A stretch of DNA of 64,000 nt from an uncultured Chloroflexia bacterium. GTDB lineage: Bacteria; Chloroflexota; Anaerolineae; B4-G1; SLSP01. The notes below the pieces were generated by a model. The model ran no database searches. It was given only the letters and a program-made list of their open reading frames with translations, and had not been told where the DNA came from. Positions 9,050-20,704 of the stretch are shown here, in pieces. The DNA is taken from the NCBI GenBank assembly GCA_963700595.1, contig CAVOYE010000011.1:218336-282335 (forward strand). The letters are read 5' to 3'. The position numbers and the translations under genes were made by a program. Every line of letters begins with the position of its first letter. Position 1 is the stretch's first letter.

Positions 9050-10210
9050 TCACAATACTTTTTTGTCATATAAACGGTAAGTTCTGTAAAGTTTCGCGCC
9101 AAGATTCACAGCAGTTTGCCGCATAGGTATGTTGCTTTCCAATACCCATGAGAACTCGATGTATTTGTACTTGGGGATGGCGTTCTTCAACGTTTCCACC
9201 GCTAACACCGCATCTATGCCCCGACCCCGATAGTCTTCGATCAAACCGCCGGCAAATGCTCTGAGTATCGTAATGCTTTTTTTAAATTTCCAGTAGTAAA
9301 GCAGCTTTGCCATGGTCCACCATTCCGGCACGCCGGGACGCGGATAGGCTTTGAGCAGCGGTTGGTTGAGATCGGGCAGCGGGAGAGTTGCTCCAATTGT
9401 CTGGTTGTTTTTAGAGACAAAAAGGGTCGTTTTTGGATCAAGGATAGTTTTCAGAGCCTTGGCTTCATGATTGAGTTCTGCATCTGTCATGGGCACAAAT
9501 CCCCAATTCTTGGACCAGGCAGCATTATAGATGCTTTTGAATGTATTGGCTTCGCTCTCAAACGTATTCATGTTGATGTATCTGAATTTCAGATCATCGC
9601 GTTTCGCCATTTTCTCTGCCACCCGGTAAACTTTAGGGTCAATACCCCCGTTATCCACTGCATAGTTGCTGGCATCGGTGAGAAATGCATACAGATCGTG
9701 CGCTTTGTAATAACCCGCAGCTTCAATGAAGTCCACATAATAGCGCGGATTATAGGTCATCATAATCACCGGGGGTCCATTCCATCCATCAATCAACAGC
9801 CCGCATTCCTCATTTTGCGAGAAGTTCTCCGGTCCGCGGATGGTGTCCATACCCTCGTCGCGCACAAAGGCTTCCGCTGCAGCTAAAAGCGCGGTGGATG
9901 CTTCCTGGTCGTTTAAGACTTCGTAAAAACCAAAAAATCCGGTCTTGTCTTCCCAATAAGTGTTGTGATTGTAGTTGATAATACCGGCAATGGTGCCGAC
10001 AATTTTATCACCCCTTTTGGCGATGAAATACTGCACCTTTGCATGTTGGTGAAATGGATGACCTTTGGGATCCAAAGTGTATTTCTTGTCCGAAATGAGA
10101 GGCGGAACCCAGTTGGGGTCACCTTTATAAACTTCCCATTGGAAATTAATGAAGTCGGTGCGCTCTGATTCACTTTCGATGGGAAGTATGACTAATTTTT
10201 CTGACATCAT
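9050..10210 (-). CDS. YghO-like GNAT-family N-acetyltransferase
   Basis: DPNWVPPL, GFFGFYE, GLLIDGW, MTYNPRYY, NWGFVPMT, SWVLESN. Confidence 0.8.
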   Translation of the reverse strand: MMSEKLVILPIESESERTDFINFQWEVYKGDPNWVPPLISDKKYTLDPKGHPFHQHAKVQYFIAKRGDKIVGTIAGIINYNHNTYWEDKTGFFGFYEVLNDQEASTALLAAAEAFVRDEGMDTIRGPENFSQNEECGLLIDGWNGPPVIMMTYNPRYYVDFIEAAGYYKAHDLYAFLTDASNYAVDNGGIDPKVYRVAEKMAKRDDLKFRYINMNTFESEANTFKSIYNAAWSKNWGFVPMTDAELNHEAKALKTILDPKTTLFVSKNNQTIGATLPLPDLNQPLLKAYPRPGVPEWWTMAKLLYYWKFKKSITILRAFAGGLIEDYRGRGIDAVLAVETLKNAIPKYKYIEFSWVLESNIPMRQTAVNLGAKLYRTYRLYDKKVL

Positions 10211-10450
10211 TTCTCCTTGAGTTCGATAAAGCGTATAAAATAAACGGGATCCAACCGAGAATAAAGATATGGGAGATTATAACGATTTTTATAGGCAGGT
10301 CAAAAAGCACAATTGGGCTTCATACGTGATTCTTATCCAGTGCATATCTGCTTCTAATACATTTTACGTACCATGGAGGTAGCAATTGGTTAATGTGGTG
10401 GATCTTGCCTCATGCTTTGCACAGGCTGGGATCTCCCACAGGAGGGAAGT

Positions 10451-13028
10451 ATGGAGAGTAATAATTTAACAGAAAGAGCACAACAGGCTTTAGTCAGGGC
10501 GCAAAGACTGGCGGAAGAGAACAACAATCCTGAAATTGATCCCGAACATGTATTACTGGCGCTGCTGGAACAACCAGACGGTGTTGTACCGCGGGTTATT
10601 CTGGGCTTAGGTCATGACCCGCAGCGTATAAAACTTGATGTTGCGCAAGTTGTCTCGCGGAAACCACAAGCCCGTGGAAGCACAGGTCAAACCTCACTTT
10701 CGTCCAGGACTATGCGATTGCTGCAAACTGCGCAGCGGGAAGCCGAAGGCCTGCGGGATGAATACGTAAGCACAGAGCACCTGTTATTGGCTATGGTGGA
10801 TACCAGCGCGGGTGAGGTCAGCCGATTTTTCCACGCGCAAGGGATAGACCGGGAGGCAGTGCTGCGCGTTTTGGCTTCAATCCGGGGTACACAGCGGGTC
10901 ACTTCGCAGCACCCGGAAGGAACCTACGATGTCCTGGAAAAGTACGGCAGGAATTTAACACAAATGGCGCACCAGAATAAATTGGACCCGGTGATCGGGC
11001 GAGATGATGAAATCCGCCGGGTCATGCAAATCCTCTCGCGCCGGACTAAAAATAATCCGGTGCTGGTCGGTGAAGCCGGTGTGGGAAAGACAGCCATTGT
11101 GGAGGGTTTAGCCCAGCGTATCGTTTCCGGTGATGTACCGGAAGGTCTGAAGGATAAGGATATTTTCCAGCTTGATATGGGAGCTTTGATTGCCGGTGCA
11201 AAGTACCGGGGTGAGTTTGAAGAAAGATTAAAAGCAGTCCTGACCGAGGTGGTAAACTCCGCAGGTCGCATCCTGATGTTTGTGGACGAGTTGCACACGG
11301 TCGTCGGTGCTGGTAAAGCCGAAGGCGCCATGGATGCGGGTAATATTCTTAAACCCATGCTGGCGCGCGGTGAACTGCGCCTTATGGGGGCAACAACGCT
11401 GGATGAGTACCGCCAGTATATCGAAAAGGATGCTGCGTTAGAGCGCCGGTTCCAACCTGTTTTCGTTGATGAGCCTAATGTCGCCGACACGATCAGTATT
11501 CTGCGTGGTATCAAAGAGCGGTATGATACGCACCATGGCGTTCGCATCCAGGATCCGGCTTTGATTGCTGCGGCGACCCTGAGTGACCGGTATATTGTGG
11601 ACCGGCAAATGCCGGATAAAGCGATTGATCTTATCGACGAAGCTGCAGCCAGATTGCGGCTTGAGATTGATTCCAAGCCAACCGTGCTGGATGAAATAGA
11701 CCGCAGAATTATGCAATTGGAAATTGAACGCACGGCTTTGCAGAAAGAGAAAGACAAAGCAAGTCAGGAGCGATTAAATAAGCTCAATGGACATGCTGGG
11801 CGATCTAAAAGAGCAAAGTACGGCACTCACAGCACAATGGCAGCAGGAAAAATCGCAAATTGAAACAATCCGCAGTGTGCAAAAGCAGCTGGATGACCTG
11901 ACGACAGAAATTGAGAGTGCTGAGAGCCGTCGTGATTTTAACGAAGCCGCCCGACTGCGGTATGGACGCTCTCTGGAGCTGCAGAAAGAGCTGAGCGAGG
12001 CGGAAAAACAATTCCGGCTTATTCAGAATGACCAACCCATGCTGAATTATGAAGTTGGTCCGGAAGAGATTGCCCGGATTGTCGCCAGTTGGACCGGTAT
12101 TCCGGTCTCCCGCTTGCTCGAAGGTGAGAAAGATAAGCTGATGCGGATGGAGGAAGAGCTCCACAAACGGGTAGTTGGGCAGGATGCTGCTGTGGCTTCT
12201 GTTTCTAATGCGGTGCGCCGTTCACGGGCAGGGTTGCAAGACCTGCACCGCCCGATTGGGACCTTTTTGTTCCTGGGACCGACGGGAGTCGGGAAAACGG
12301 AACTGGCGCGCGCTCTGGCGGAATTCCTGTTTGATACCGAAGAAGCGATTGTCCGCATTGATATGAGCGAGTATCAAGAGAAGCACACGGTTTCGCGTTT
12401 AATCGGCGCACCTCCCGGATATGTGGGGTACGATGAGGGCGGGCAGTTGACCGAAGCAGTGCGGCGCCGTCCCTACAGCGTGCTATTGCTGGATGAGATT
12501 GAAAAAGCGCATAGTGAAGTGTATAACGTGCTGCTGCAGCTTCTGGATGAGGGTCGGTTGACCGATGGTCATGGGCGGACGGTGGATTTCACCAATACGA
12601 TCGTGATTATGACCAGTAATGTGGGCAGTCGTTGGATTAAAGAACTGTCGCCTGAAGAAGCTTATCCGCACGTTATGCAGGAAGTGGATCAAACCTTCAG
12701 ACCTGAATTTCTGAACCGGATCGATGACATCATCCTGTTTACCAGTTTGACACGCGCTGATCTGGTTAAGATTGTGGATATCCAATTGGGTAACTTGCGA
12801 CGGTTGCTGGCTGAACGGCAGATGGACCTCATCTATTCTGACGCAGTCAAGATGTATCTGGCTGAGAAGGGTTACGATCCTGTATACGGGGCGCGTCCTT
12901 TAAAAAGGACGATTCAACGTGAACTGCAGGACCCCCTCGCTCTGGCGATTCTGGAGGGTGAATTCGGTGAACAAAGTGTGATCCGAGTGGATCTTGTCGA
13001 TGACGAGCTCGTATTTAGAGCTGAGTAA
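10451..13028 (+). CDS. clpB: ATP-dependent chaperone ClpB (frameshift near 11790)
   Basis: Clp N-domain, GEAGVGKT, M-domain, second Walker [26 protein letters not shown]; two ORFs join. Confidence 0.95.
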
Positions 13029-13079
13029 GGTGCTAAGGCACACTGAGATAAAAAAAGCCATGCATGACGTTGCATAATG

Positions 13080-13119
13080 AAAAGAACGGGAGTCAAGGAT
13101 CACCTTGGCTCCCGTTTTC
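13080..13119. terminator. Intrinsic terminator
   Basis: AACGGGAGTCAAGG-atca-CCTTGGCTCCCGTTTT. Confidence 0.7.
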
Positions 13120-13148
13120 GTATTCGCAATCAGCTGGTAACTTCAGTT

Positions 13149-14330
13149 TTATAGCAGTCCGAGGGCAGTGTGTTTTTCGAATATTGTTTCCGCCAGCGCA
13201 TCAAGGGTTGCGAATACCTCAGACTTCGGCATGCCTTTGCAGAGTACGGTTCCGAGAACTTCGACCTTCAAGTTCGGGATCAATCCGGTAATCGTTTCTA
13301 CGGCTTTCGTGCCCCATCCATAGGAGCCAATAACCGCAGCATACTTCAGTTTAGGGTGCAGCGCGTTTGCCAGGTGTGTTGCGGAAAATACACTGGGGTG
13401 GGGGCCAAAATGGACTGTGGGCGTTCCAATCACGATCGTCGCTGCATCAACCAGGGAAATAGCCAATTTCCCAATGTCAGTCACTGATAATTCAAACTGC
13501 TGAACAGTGATGCCCTTCTCGACTAAAGCAGCGGTCAGGTACATTGACCATGGTATTCCGTGCTGCCATGCATGGAGATGTACGGGATCACAACCAGATT
13601 CGAGACGCGGTCGGAGACCCAGTCCGCATACGCATCAAGGATCCAGTCCGGGTGATCATAGATTGGACCGTGACTGGGCGCTAAATAGTCAAATTCTACC
13701 TCGCGTATCTTCTTCAGGTTGCTGATAATTCTTTGCCGGAAGGGCATCATAATTTCCGCATAGTAACGCTTGGCTGCCTCGTAGACTAGTGGGATCGCTT
13801 CCTGTAAAGAGATTGGTGGTGGCAATGTGTGAACCAAAGAAATCGCACGTAAAAAGAATGCGATCCTCAGAAAGGTAAGTGACCATGGTCTCGGGCCAGT
13901 GTACCCACGGGGTATATATAAACCGGAGTGTTTTCCCGCCGAGGTTAAGGATTTCCCCATCCTCAACGGTGCGAATGCGTGCGGGATCAATGTCAAGGTG
14001 TTCAATCAGCAGCGCCTGTGCTTTTTGTGAACACAGGACTTTTGCCTTTCCGTATTTCTGAATGACATATGGAATAGCCCCTGAATGATCCTGTTCTGCA
14101 TGTTGGCAAACAATGTAATCTACGCTCTCAACATCTTCCAACTGTTGTGCCAGGATATCCACAAAGGCAGGATCGACTGTATCTATTAATACTGTTTTTT
14201 CGGTGCCTTGAATAAGATAAGCATTATAACTTGTGCCGTCCGGCAGTGGAATGAGGGCATCGAACAAACGGCGATTCCAGTCAACTGCACCCATCCAATA
14301 TACTCCATCACAGATTTGTCTCTTTTTCAT
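13149..14330 (-). CDS. fprA: FprA-type flavodiiron protein (frameshifts near 13790 and 13545)
   Basis: GTSYNAYLI, HAEQDHSG, HWPET, CDFFGSH, APSHGP, flavodoxin YISMHGST, GSYGWG. Confidence 0.9.
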
Positions 14331-14353
14331 CTATGTCTCCTTACTGTTATAGC

Positions 14354-15036
14354 TTAGCCTGCAGCTTCGTTTCCATCCGGATCCGCATCCAGTGATGTCA
14401 GCCCCTCTCGCAAAGCATACAGCGCGGCCTGAACGCGATTCGCCAGGTACAGCTTGCTCATAATGTTGCTCACGTGCGTGCGCACGGTCGGGGCGCTGAT
14501 ATGCAATTTCTCGGCAATGTCCTGATTGCTCAACCCTTGAGCCACCAGGCGCAGCACCTCGGCTTCGCGCTCGGTCAGCGGATCTGTCGTCGGGGGACGG
14601 TCCGAGGGATGCGCAATCTCTTGCAGGACTTTGCGGGCGATGACCGGGTGCAGCGACGATTCCCCGCGATAGATCTGGTGGATCGCCTGCACGAGGTCTT
14701 CCGGGGCGGATTCTTTGAGGAGATAGCCCAGAGCGCCGGCTTTGATGGCCGGAAGCACTTTGTCATCGGTCGCAAAGCTGGTCATGACGAGGATGCGGCT
14801 CTCCGGCTGCTGGCTCTTGATCTGGCGGGTAGCCTCGATGCCGTCCAGCCGGGGCATGCGCCAGGTCCATCAGAGATCACGTCAGGGCGGAGACGGTTGG
14901 CCTGTGCGATAGCCTCCTGCCCATCGGCAGCCTCGCCCACCACCTCAATGCCCGCGATCTCCGTCAGCAAGGCGCGGATGCCTTTGCGGACAATCGTATG
15001 GTCGTCCACGATCAAAACGCGAATGGTCTGGCTCAT
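14354..15036 (-). CDS. NarL/LuxR-family response regulator (frameshift near 14870)
   Basis: [35 protein letters not shown]...TVRTHVSNI. Confidence 0.9.
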
Positions 15037-17222
15037 ACGTCTCCTCATCTTTCATGGCGACGTCCACCGTCACCGTCGTTCCCTGCCCCGGTTGGCTGTC
15101 CACGGTGACGCGGCCGCCGATCTTGGCAGCCCGCGCCTCGAAACTGTGCAGTCCCATCCCCCCGGCAGTCTGGGCGCTGAGCGGATCAAAGCCGATACCG
15201 TCATCGTGCACTTGCAGGCAAACGGTCCCGGTCGGTGAACTCGTAATCGAATTTTCACATGCTGCGCCTGGGCGTGTTTCATGACGTTGTTGAGCGCCTC
15301 TTGCGCGATCCGGTAGAGTTCCTGTTCGATCTCAATCGGCAAACGACGCTCGCCTTCTACCTCGAGTTCGGCATGCACGCCGGCGCGCGCCTCCACCGCC
15401 GCCAGCCGGACGCGCAGGGCCGTCACCAACCCATCCTGTTCCAGCGCGGGCGGGTGCAGCTCAAAGATCAGCAGCCGCATATCGTACATCGCGCTCCGCG
15501 CCGTGTCGCGCAGTTCTTGCAGGTGATTCACCGTCACGTCCTGTTTGCCGGCCGTCAGGGCCAGCGCCGCCGCATCCGCGTAGAGCGCCATACTGTAGAG
15601 CGATTGCACGACCGAGTCGTGCAGTTCCCGCGCCAGGCGCTGCCGCTCCTCCAGCACCGCCAATTGCCCGGCTTGCTGATTGAGCCGGGCGTGTTCGATG
15701 TTGATGGCGGCCTGATTGGCAAAGAGACTGACGATCCGGATATCGTCCTTCACAAAGCCGCCGGGTTTGTCTACCACTTCCAGCACGCCGATGACGTCGC
15801 CGTTGGCGTGCAACGGCACGGACAAAAAGGCCGTGGGGCGTTTCCCCCGCAGATACTCGTACGACTCGCCGGCGGGCGCGTTGGTCAAAAAGGGTTCATT
15901 CCGGCGCACGGTGATGCCGGCCAAAGACCCTGCGATGGGGATACGGTCAAAGAACGCCGGTTCTGTTCCGCTGCTGTAGGTCACGCGCAGCCAGTTCGCT
16001 GTCTTCTACGAGCAAGACCGCACTGCCCGTAGCGCCGGTCAGTTGCTGGGCCTCGGCGCAGACGATCTCGAGCACCTCCTCCGGGCTGACCTTGTGGAGC
16101 AACGCGGCCGCCACCCGCTGCAATCCCTGGCTTTCGGCCAGGCGCTGGCGCGTTTCTGCGTACAAGCCGGGCGTTGTCCACCGCCAACGCCACCGAGTTG
16201 GCAATGCCCCAGACCAGTTCGATCTCGTCGGGCGTGAACTGGCGATAGTCGCTGGAGGTGCTGAGCAGCGCCAGTCCCAACACCTTGGCGCTCACCCGGA
16301 TGGGCACGGCCAACACCGATTTGATGTTCCAGGTCTGCGCCATCTCCTGGCTGATCCGGGGATCGGCCGCGGCATCGTACCAGACCGCCGGCGCCTGGCG
16401 CTCTAACGCCTCACCCGCCAGAGAATTAACGACCGGATCCAGATACCGCTCACGCAAGTCACCGCGGTCCACCTCGGTCAACGGCCCGCGGACCACGTGG
16501 GGCACCAGCACCCCGCGTTCAGCATCCATCAGATAGATGCCGCAGTAGGGCACGTCCACGGCGGCGATCCAGGGCATCGGCCACCCGCTCCAGCACCTGG
16601 GCCGGTTCCAGCGCGCTGCTGGCCGTCTGGGCCGTGTGCAACATCAGGGCGATGTGCTGTTGCGCGCGGAGGAGATCGGCGTTGAAGGTGGCGGAGGTCC
16701 CCACGAGTTGCTTGTGCTCCCACCCCATCGTCGCCAGCATTTGGGCCAGCCGGATTTGCGCCGCCATGACCACCCGCAGCCGCTCTTCCGAAATGATGGG
16801 CACCTGCCGGAGTGCCGCCAGGTAGGCTTCTTCGTCAACCTGCAACTCTTGCGCCTGCTGGCGGAAGAATGCTTCATCGGGCGGCGCGTGCAGGAATTGG
16901 CCCATGAACAGGGTGGCAATGTGTTCGCCTTTGACCATCACCGGCATAGCACAGTTCATCAGGCCATGCGAGCACTGGTGCACCACATAGGTCGCCCTCG
17001 TGCAAATGGCTGAAAAGGTAGTCGTCACTGTAGGGTGCAGCGGCCCTCGGCCTCTGGCGGGAGGTGATGAAAGCGGGTGCAGATATCCTGCCAGCCCACG
17101 GCGCACAGGCAGTGTCGCTCCGTATCCAGCAGCGCGGTGGCAACACCGACGACGCTATACCACGACTGCATCACCTGCTGAAAGCCGGGCAGGTCTACCA
17201 GGTCGGCAAAACTATACTGCAT
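14945..17222 (-). CDS. Sensor histidine kinase: PocR + 2 GAF + HisKA_3 + HATPase (several frameshifts)
   Basis: [11 protein letters not shown]...WQDICTRFH...C..GL...MGQF (PocR); GAF segments; [13 protein letters not shown]; [11 protein letters not shown]; DDGIGF, GGMGL. Confidence 0.85.
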
Positions 17223-17387
17223 AGAACAACTCCTTTCACTATTTCTGGCAGACGACGCAGGGGGTGAATTACACCCATGGCCGGCCGATAGCATACCCCG
17301 CACCTCATTATATACCCAACAGTGCTGAATGCGCTTCAACGCTAAGTGTATATTTCTCTCCATAGAAAGTGGAGCATACGTAGCGTC

Positions 17388-17460
17388 CATATCCGCCGAT
17401 TGTGGAACTAAAATCCACACTGCCCCGATGACAGCCTGGTCATTGCGATGTATGCTGAGA
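17388..17460 (+). promoter_or_regulatory. Conserved upstream element, copy A (before csbD)
   Basis: TGTGGA-N7-TCCAC-N8-GATG-N16-GATGTA; ungapped match to 28660-28732. Confidence 0.65.
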
Positions 17461-17562
17461 GAGTCACAAGGATAAGTGATTTTTGTCCAAACGTCATTGG
17501 TATGCAAGATGGTTCAATTTTCAACTCGGGCAGTTAATTTGATGGAACAGGGAGGGTTACAT

Positions 17563-17796
17563 ATGAATAAAGATATATTTGAAGGTAAGTGGAAGCAATT
17601 GCAGGGACAGGCAAAAGTGTTGTGGGGCAAACTCACTGATGACGATCTGAAGCAGGTCGGTGGTAAGTATGATAAATTCGTCGGCATGATTCAGGAAAAG
17701 TATGGATATACCCGCGAACGCGTCGAAGAAGAAATAGATCGCCTGACTGCTGAGCATGAACCCCACCCGGATAAGGTCGAAGTCGCGGACGCATAA
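17563..17796 (+). CDS. CsbD family protein
   Basis: MNKDIFEGKWKQLQGQAKVLWGKLTDDDL...IQEKYG; RBS GGAGG. Confidence 0.9.
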   Translation: MNKDIFEGKWKQLQGQAKVLWGKLTDDDLKQVGGKYDKFVGMIQEKYGYTRERVEEEIDRLTAEHEPHPDKVEVADA

Positions 17797-17915
17797 TGCG
17801 CCTGTTCCATTCCGGCACATCTGCTCAGGTTACACGGTATCAGGAGCAGGACCTCGCGAGTTGGTTGAAAGATGGATCGCTCGCGATCTCAGATAGTATA
17901 TAGGAGATAAAAATC

Positions 17916-18086
17916 ATGAAACTCAGTGCACCCAAAGTTGCTACGTTCTGGATTGCTGTGGCTCTCGCAGCCCTTGGGCTTCTCGCTCAGCAAGGTATCC
18001 TTTCCCAACTTGCCAGCTACGCATTCTGGTTGGTGGTGGCCGGATTTGTGGTCCTGGCCCTCGGGAATTTAATGAGAAATCTGTAG
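17916..18086 (+). CDS. Small 2-TM membrane protein (56 aa, not in ORF track)
   Basis: RBS AGGAG; MKLSAPKVATFWIAVALAALGLLAQQGILSQLASYAFWLVVAGFVVLALGNLMRNL*. Confidence 0.75.
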   Translation: MKLSAPKVATFWIAVALAALGLLAQQGILSQLASYAFWLVVAGFVVLALGNLMRNL

Positions 18087-18297
18087 CGCTGCCAGGATTG
18101 TACGCAACCCAAACCGCGAATTCCATTGTGCGTCCGGTCATACGCGATTTCTGGATCGAGCATGTGTCTGTGCCTATACGAGTACTGCATAACCCGCAGC
18201 ATCAATGGAAACCCAATGGAGTGGTTGCACCTTAGTACCCGGCGTAAATTATCTCTCTACGTATAGCTGGAGCAGACGCGTGTTCAGGTAAGTTGAA

Positions 18298-18350
18298 TGT
18301 GGAGTGAATAATCCACGGAGTGTTGATGTAAACGAATGTATAAAGATGTA
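18298..18350 (+). promoter_or_regulatory. Conserved upstream element, copy C (before glsB-like gene)
   Basis: TGTGGA-N8-TCCAC-N8-GATG-N16-GATGTA, same downstream spacing as copies A and B. Confidence 0.5.
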
Positions 18351-18430
18351 CTGATGAGTAAGTAAGCTGTAAGTGCCTTGATATCAACAGACGGGTTTTC
18401 AAGATCTCAAGCACTCACAAAGGAGAACAA

Positions 18431-18688
18431 ATGACAAACCTTTTGATATACCTTATCGTTGCAGCGGTGATCGGATGGGTGGCGACTAGCATTATGCATG
18501 ACCGCTCGAACCTGCTGCTCAATATCGTGGTGGCCGTTGTCGGCGCATTCCTGGCGGGTTATTTCCTCACCCCCATCTTTAATGTCGGAACCATTAACGA
18601 TGCAATTACCGTGCCCACCATGCTCGTCACGCTGCTGGGCGCCGTCATTCTGCTGGCGATTGTTCGCTTTTTCCGAGGGAGCCGGTAA
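18431..18688 (+). CDS. GlsB/YeaQ/YmgE (transglycosylase-associated) membrane protein
   Basis: IGWVATSIM...NIVVAVVGAFLAG...LLGAVILLAI. Confidence 0.9.
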   Translation: MTNLLIYLIVAAVIGWVATSIMHDRSNLLLNIVVAVVGAFLAGYFLTPIFNVGTINDAITVPTMLVTLLGAVILLAIVRFFRGSR

Positions 18689-18800
18689 CCATCCTGACGG
18701 TTACGTCAGGGGATATTCAAGCGATGCCCCGCTGTGTGGAAGGGCATAACCTGGTGTCAGGCTCACGCTGGAATCCTACTAAGAGATATAAGGAGGTAGT

Positions 18801-19295
18801 ATGTCCGTAAATCAACCGAACGATCAATTTTCGGTGGATCGTCGTGAAGAGACGGTCGTTACGCAACAACCGGGCTACGCGGTGACCGAGCAAGTGACCC
18901 GTGATGTGGCCGCCGAGAGACGGCAGACATTGTTCCTGGTGACGCGGATCGTGTGGAGCATTCTGGGTCTGTTGGAGATTTTACTGGGGCTGCGCTTTAT
19001 GTTGAAATTGATCGCCGCCAATCCGGACAGCGGTTTTGCCGCTTTTCTGTATGGGATTACGGGTCCGTTCGTCGCACCGTTCGCGGGCTTGATTGGAACA
19101 CCCACGTCCGGCGGCATCATCCTGGAAGCCATCACACTGGTTGCGATGGGAATATATGCGCTGATCTTTTGGGGTGTGGTTTACGTCATTCGTTTGGTTA
19201 CAGATCGTCCAAGCGCGCGCACGTTCACGCGTTCGACGCGGGAGGAAACAGGCCCTGGTTCAGAGCGTACAACGCACACCACCCGCAGCGGTTAA
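18801..19295 (+). CDS. YggT-like membrane protein
   Basis: LEILLGLRFMLKLIAANPDSGFAAFLYGITGPFVAPFAGL. Confidence 0.75.
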   Translation: MSVNQPNDQFSVDRREETVVTQQPGYAVTEQVTRDVAAERRQTLFLVTRIVWSILGLLEILLGLRFMLKLIAANPDSGFAAFLYGITGPFVAPFAGLIGTPTSGGIILEAITLVAMGIYALIFWGVVYVIRLVTDRPSARTFTRSTREETGPGSERTTHTTRSG

Positions 19296-19426
19296 GTCTC
19301 ATGCATCGCCAGGATCTGAGCCCGTTGCTTGATAGCATAGTGAGTACTGACATAACTATAGGCTTTAAGATGGGGTGTTAGTTATGTATAACAAAAGATA
19401 ACGATATAAATTGAGGAGGAAACAGT

Positions 19427-19786
19427 ATGAATAACAGAGAAAATACTACGATGGATCTTGACCATGATGTCAGCCAGTTGGGGGGCTTTTTAGCCGGATT
19501 GCTGGTAGGCGGATTGGCAGGCGCGGCAGGGATGCTGTTGCTGGCGCCGCAATCGGGGAAAAAGACGCGCTCCCAAATTCAAAATAAAAGCATCGAACTG
19601 AGCGAACAGGCGACCTCCACCGTAAAAGGCGCGCTGAAGCAGATTCGCACAAAAGCCAACCAGATCTCGGACGATGTCCAAGAGCAAGCCGGTGAACTTC
19701 AGCAACATGGGCAGGATATGGTTGATGAGCAGCGGGACCATTTGTCACAAACCCTTAAAGATTTAGGGAAAGCTGTCCACACCTGA
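19427..19786 (+). CDS. YtxH domain protein
   Basis: FLAGLLVGGLAGAAGMLLLAPQSGKKTR followed by coiled coil. Confidence 0.9.
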   Translation: MNNRENTTMDLDHDVSQLGGFLAGLLVGGLAGAAGMLLLAPQSGKKTRSQIQNKSIELSEQATSTVKGALKQIRTKANQISDDVQEQAGELQQHGQDMVDEQRDHLSQTLKDLGKAVHT

Positions 19787-19883
19787 TTGCTGGTGTGGAG
19801 AACGGGTACTTTCCGTAACGGACCCATCCGACCTCTGCTGCCTGACCGGTAGCAGATAATCATGACTATAAAGGAGAATTATT

Positions 19884-20042
19884 ATGTTGTGGACAATTAT
19901 TGTCATTCTAATTGTGCTGTGGTTACTCGGTGCTTTCGGTTCAAGGGTGAGTACCAGAATCCCAAAAACTGGCGGAATCGTTCATGTGTTGATCGTTATC
20001 GCCATCATCCTCATTGTCTTACGACTCCTTGGCATGGTGTAG
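19884..20042 (+). CDS. lmo0937-family small membrane protein (52 aa, not in ORF track)
   Basis: RBS AAGGAG; MLWTIIVILIVLWLLGAFGSRVSTRIPKTGGIVHVLIVIAIILIVLRLLGMV*. Confidence 0.85.
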   Translation: MLWTIIVILIVLWLLGAFGSRVSTRIPKTGGIVHVLIVIAIILIVLRLLGMV

Positions 20043-20124
20043 AACGCTAGCGTATGAATGATGTGATCGGGACCGTTGCAACTTTCACAGTTGCCCGGCA
20101 GTGATTCAAGGCAAAGGAAACCCA

Positions 20125-20695
20125 ATGAACGAAAACGAATCAGAGTTAACTGAAACCGGACCTGAAGCCCGTCCGCACAAGTCCATGCCCAGCATTCTGC
20201 GCTGGACGCTGGTGGCGTTGCTGGCGTTTGGGGTGGGGGCGTTGTTAATGACCCTCGCGCTCTACGTCCCAACCTGGCGGAAACTCGATAAAGCCAACGC
20301 CGATCTTATACGCGCTGACGCGACAGTCACCAGCAAAACCGATCAGATCGCAACGTTGCAGGCGGATATCTGAGACCCTGCGAATGGATCTGGATACCGC
20401 TATGCTGCACATGGATCTGCTCCAGGCGTTGTCAGGTGTACGAGGCGCCAACCTGGCTGTAGCTGCTGACGATTACGCGGGAGCGCGCCTGTTGTTGATC
20501 AAGGCTACAACAGCATTGGGCGCCCTTTCCAACCAATTGGGGGAGGAGCAAAGTGACGTGCTTGCTGCTTTGCTACAAAGTGCAGCTCAGGCACTGACCG
20601 ATATGCAGACAGACCTCAAGTCAGCACAACCAGAGCTGAATCAGTTGGCGCAAAACTTGGTTCAACTGGAGGAGAACCTGTTCCCTAACCCGTAA
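20125..20695 (+). CDS. Membrane-anchored coiled-coil protein (frameshift near 20370)
   Basis: Single TM then helical heptads; ORFs 20101-20373 and 20384-20695 join. Confidence 0.55.
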
Positions 20696-20704
20696 AGCTG
20701 GGCG

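Noticed and set aside
10211-10450. CIRCE, HAIR or CtsR operator upstream of clpB
   Set aside because: Only a CTTGAGT half-site near 10217; no complete inverted or direct repeat seen
10924-11757. 277-aa antisense ORF, and similar long antisense ORFs at 14474, 15259, 37579 and 39427
   Set aside because: Shadows of well-supported genes on the opposite strand, with no motifs of their own
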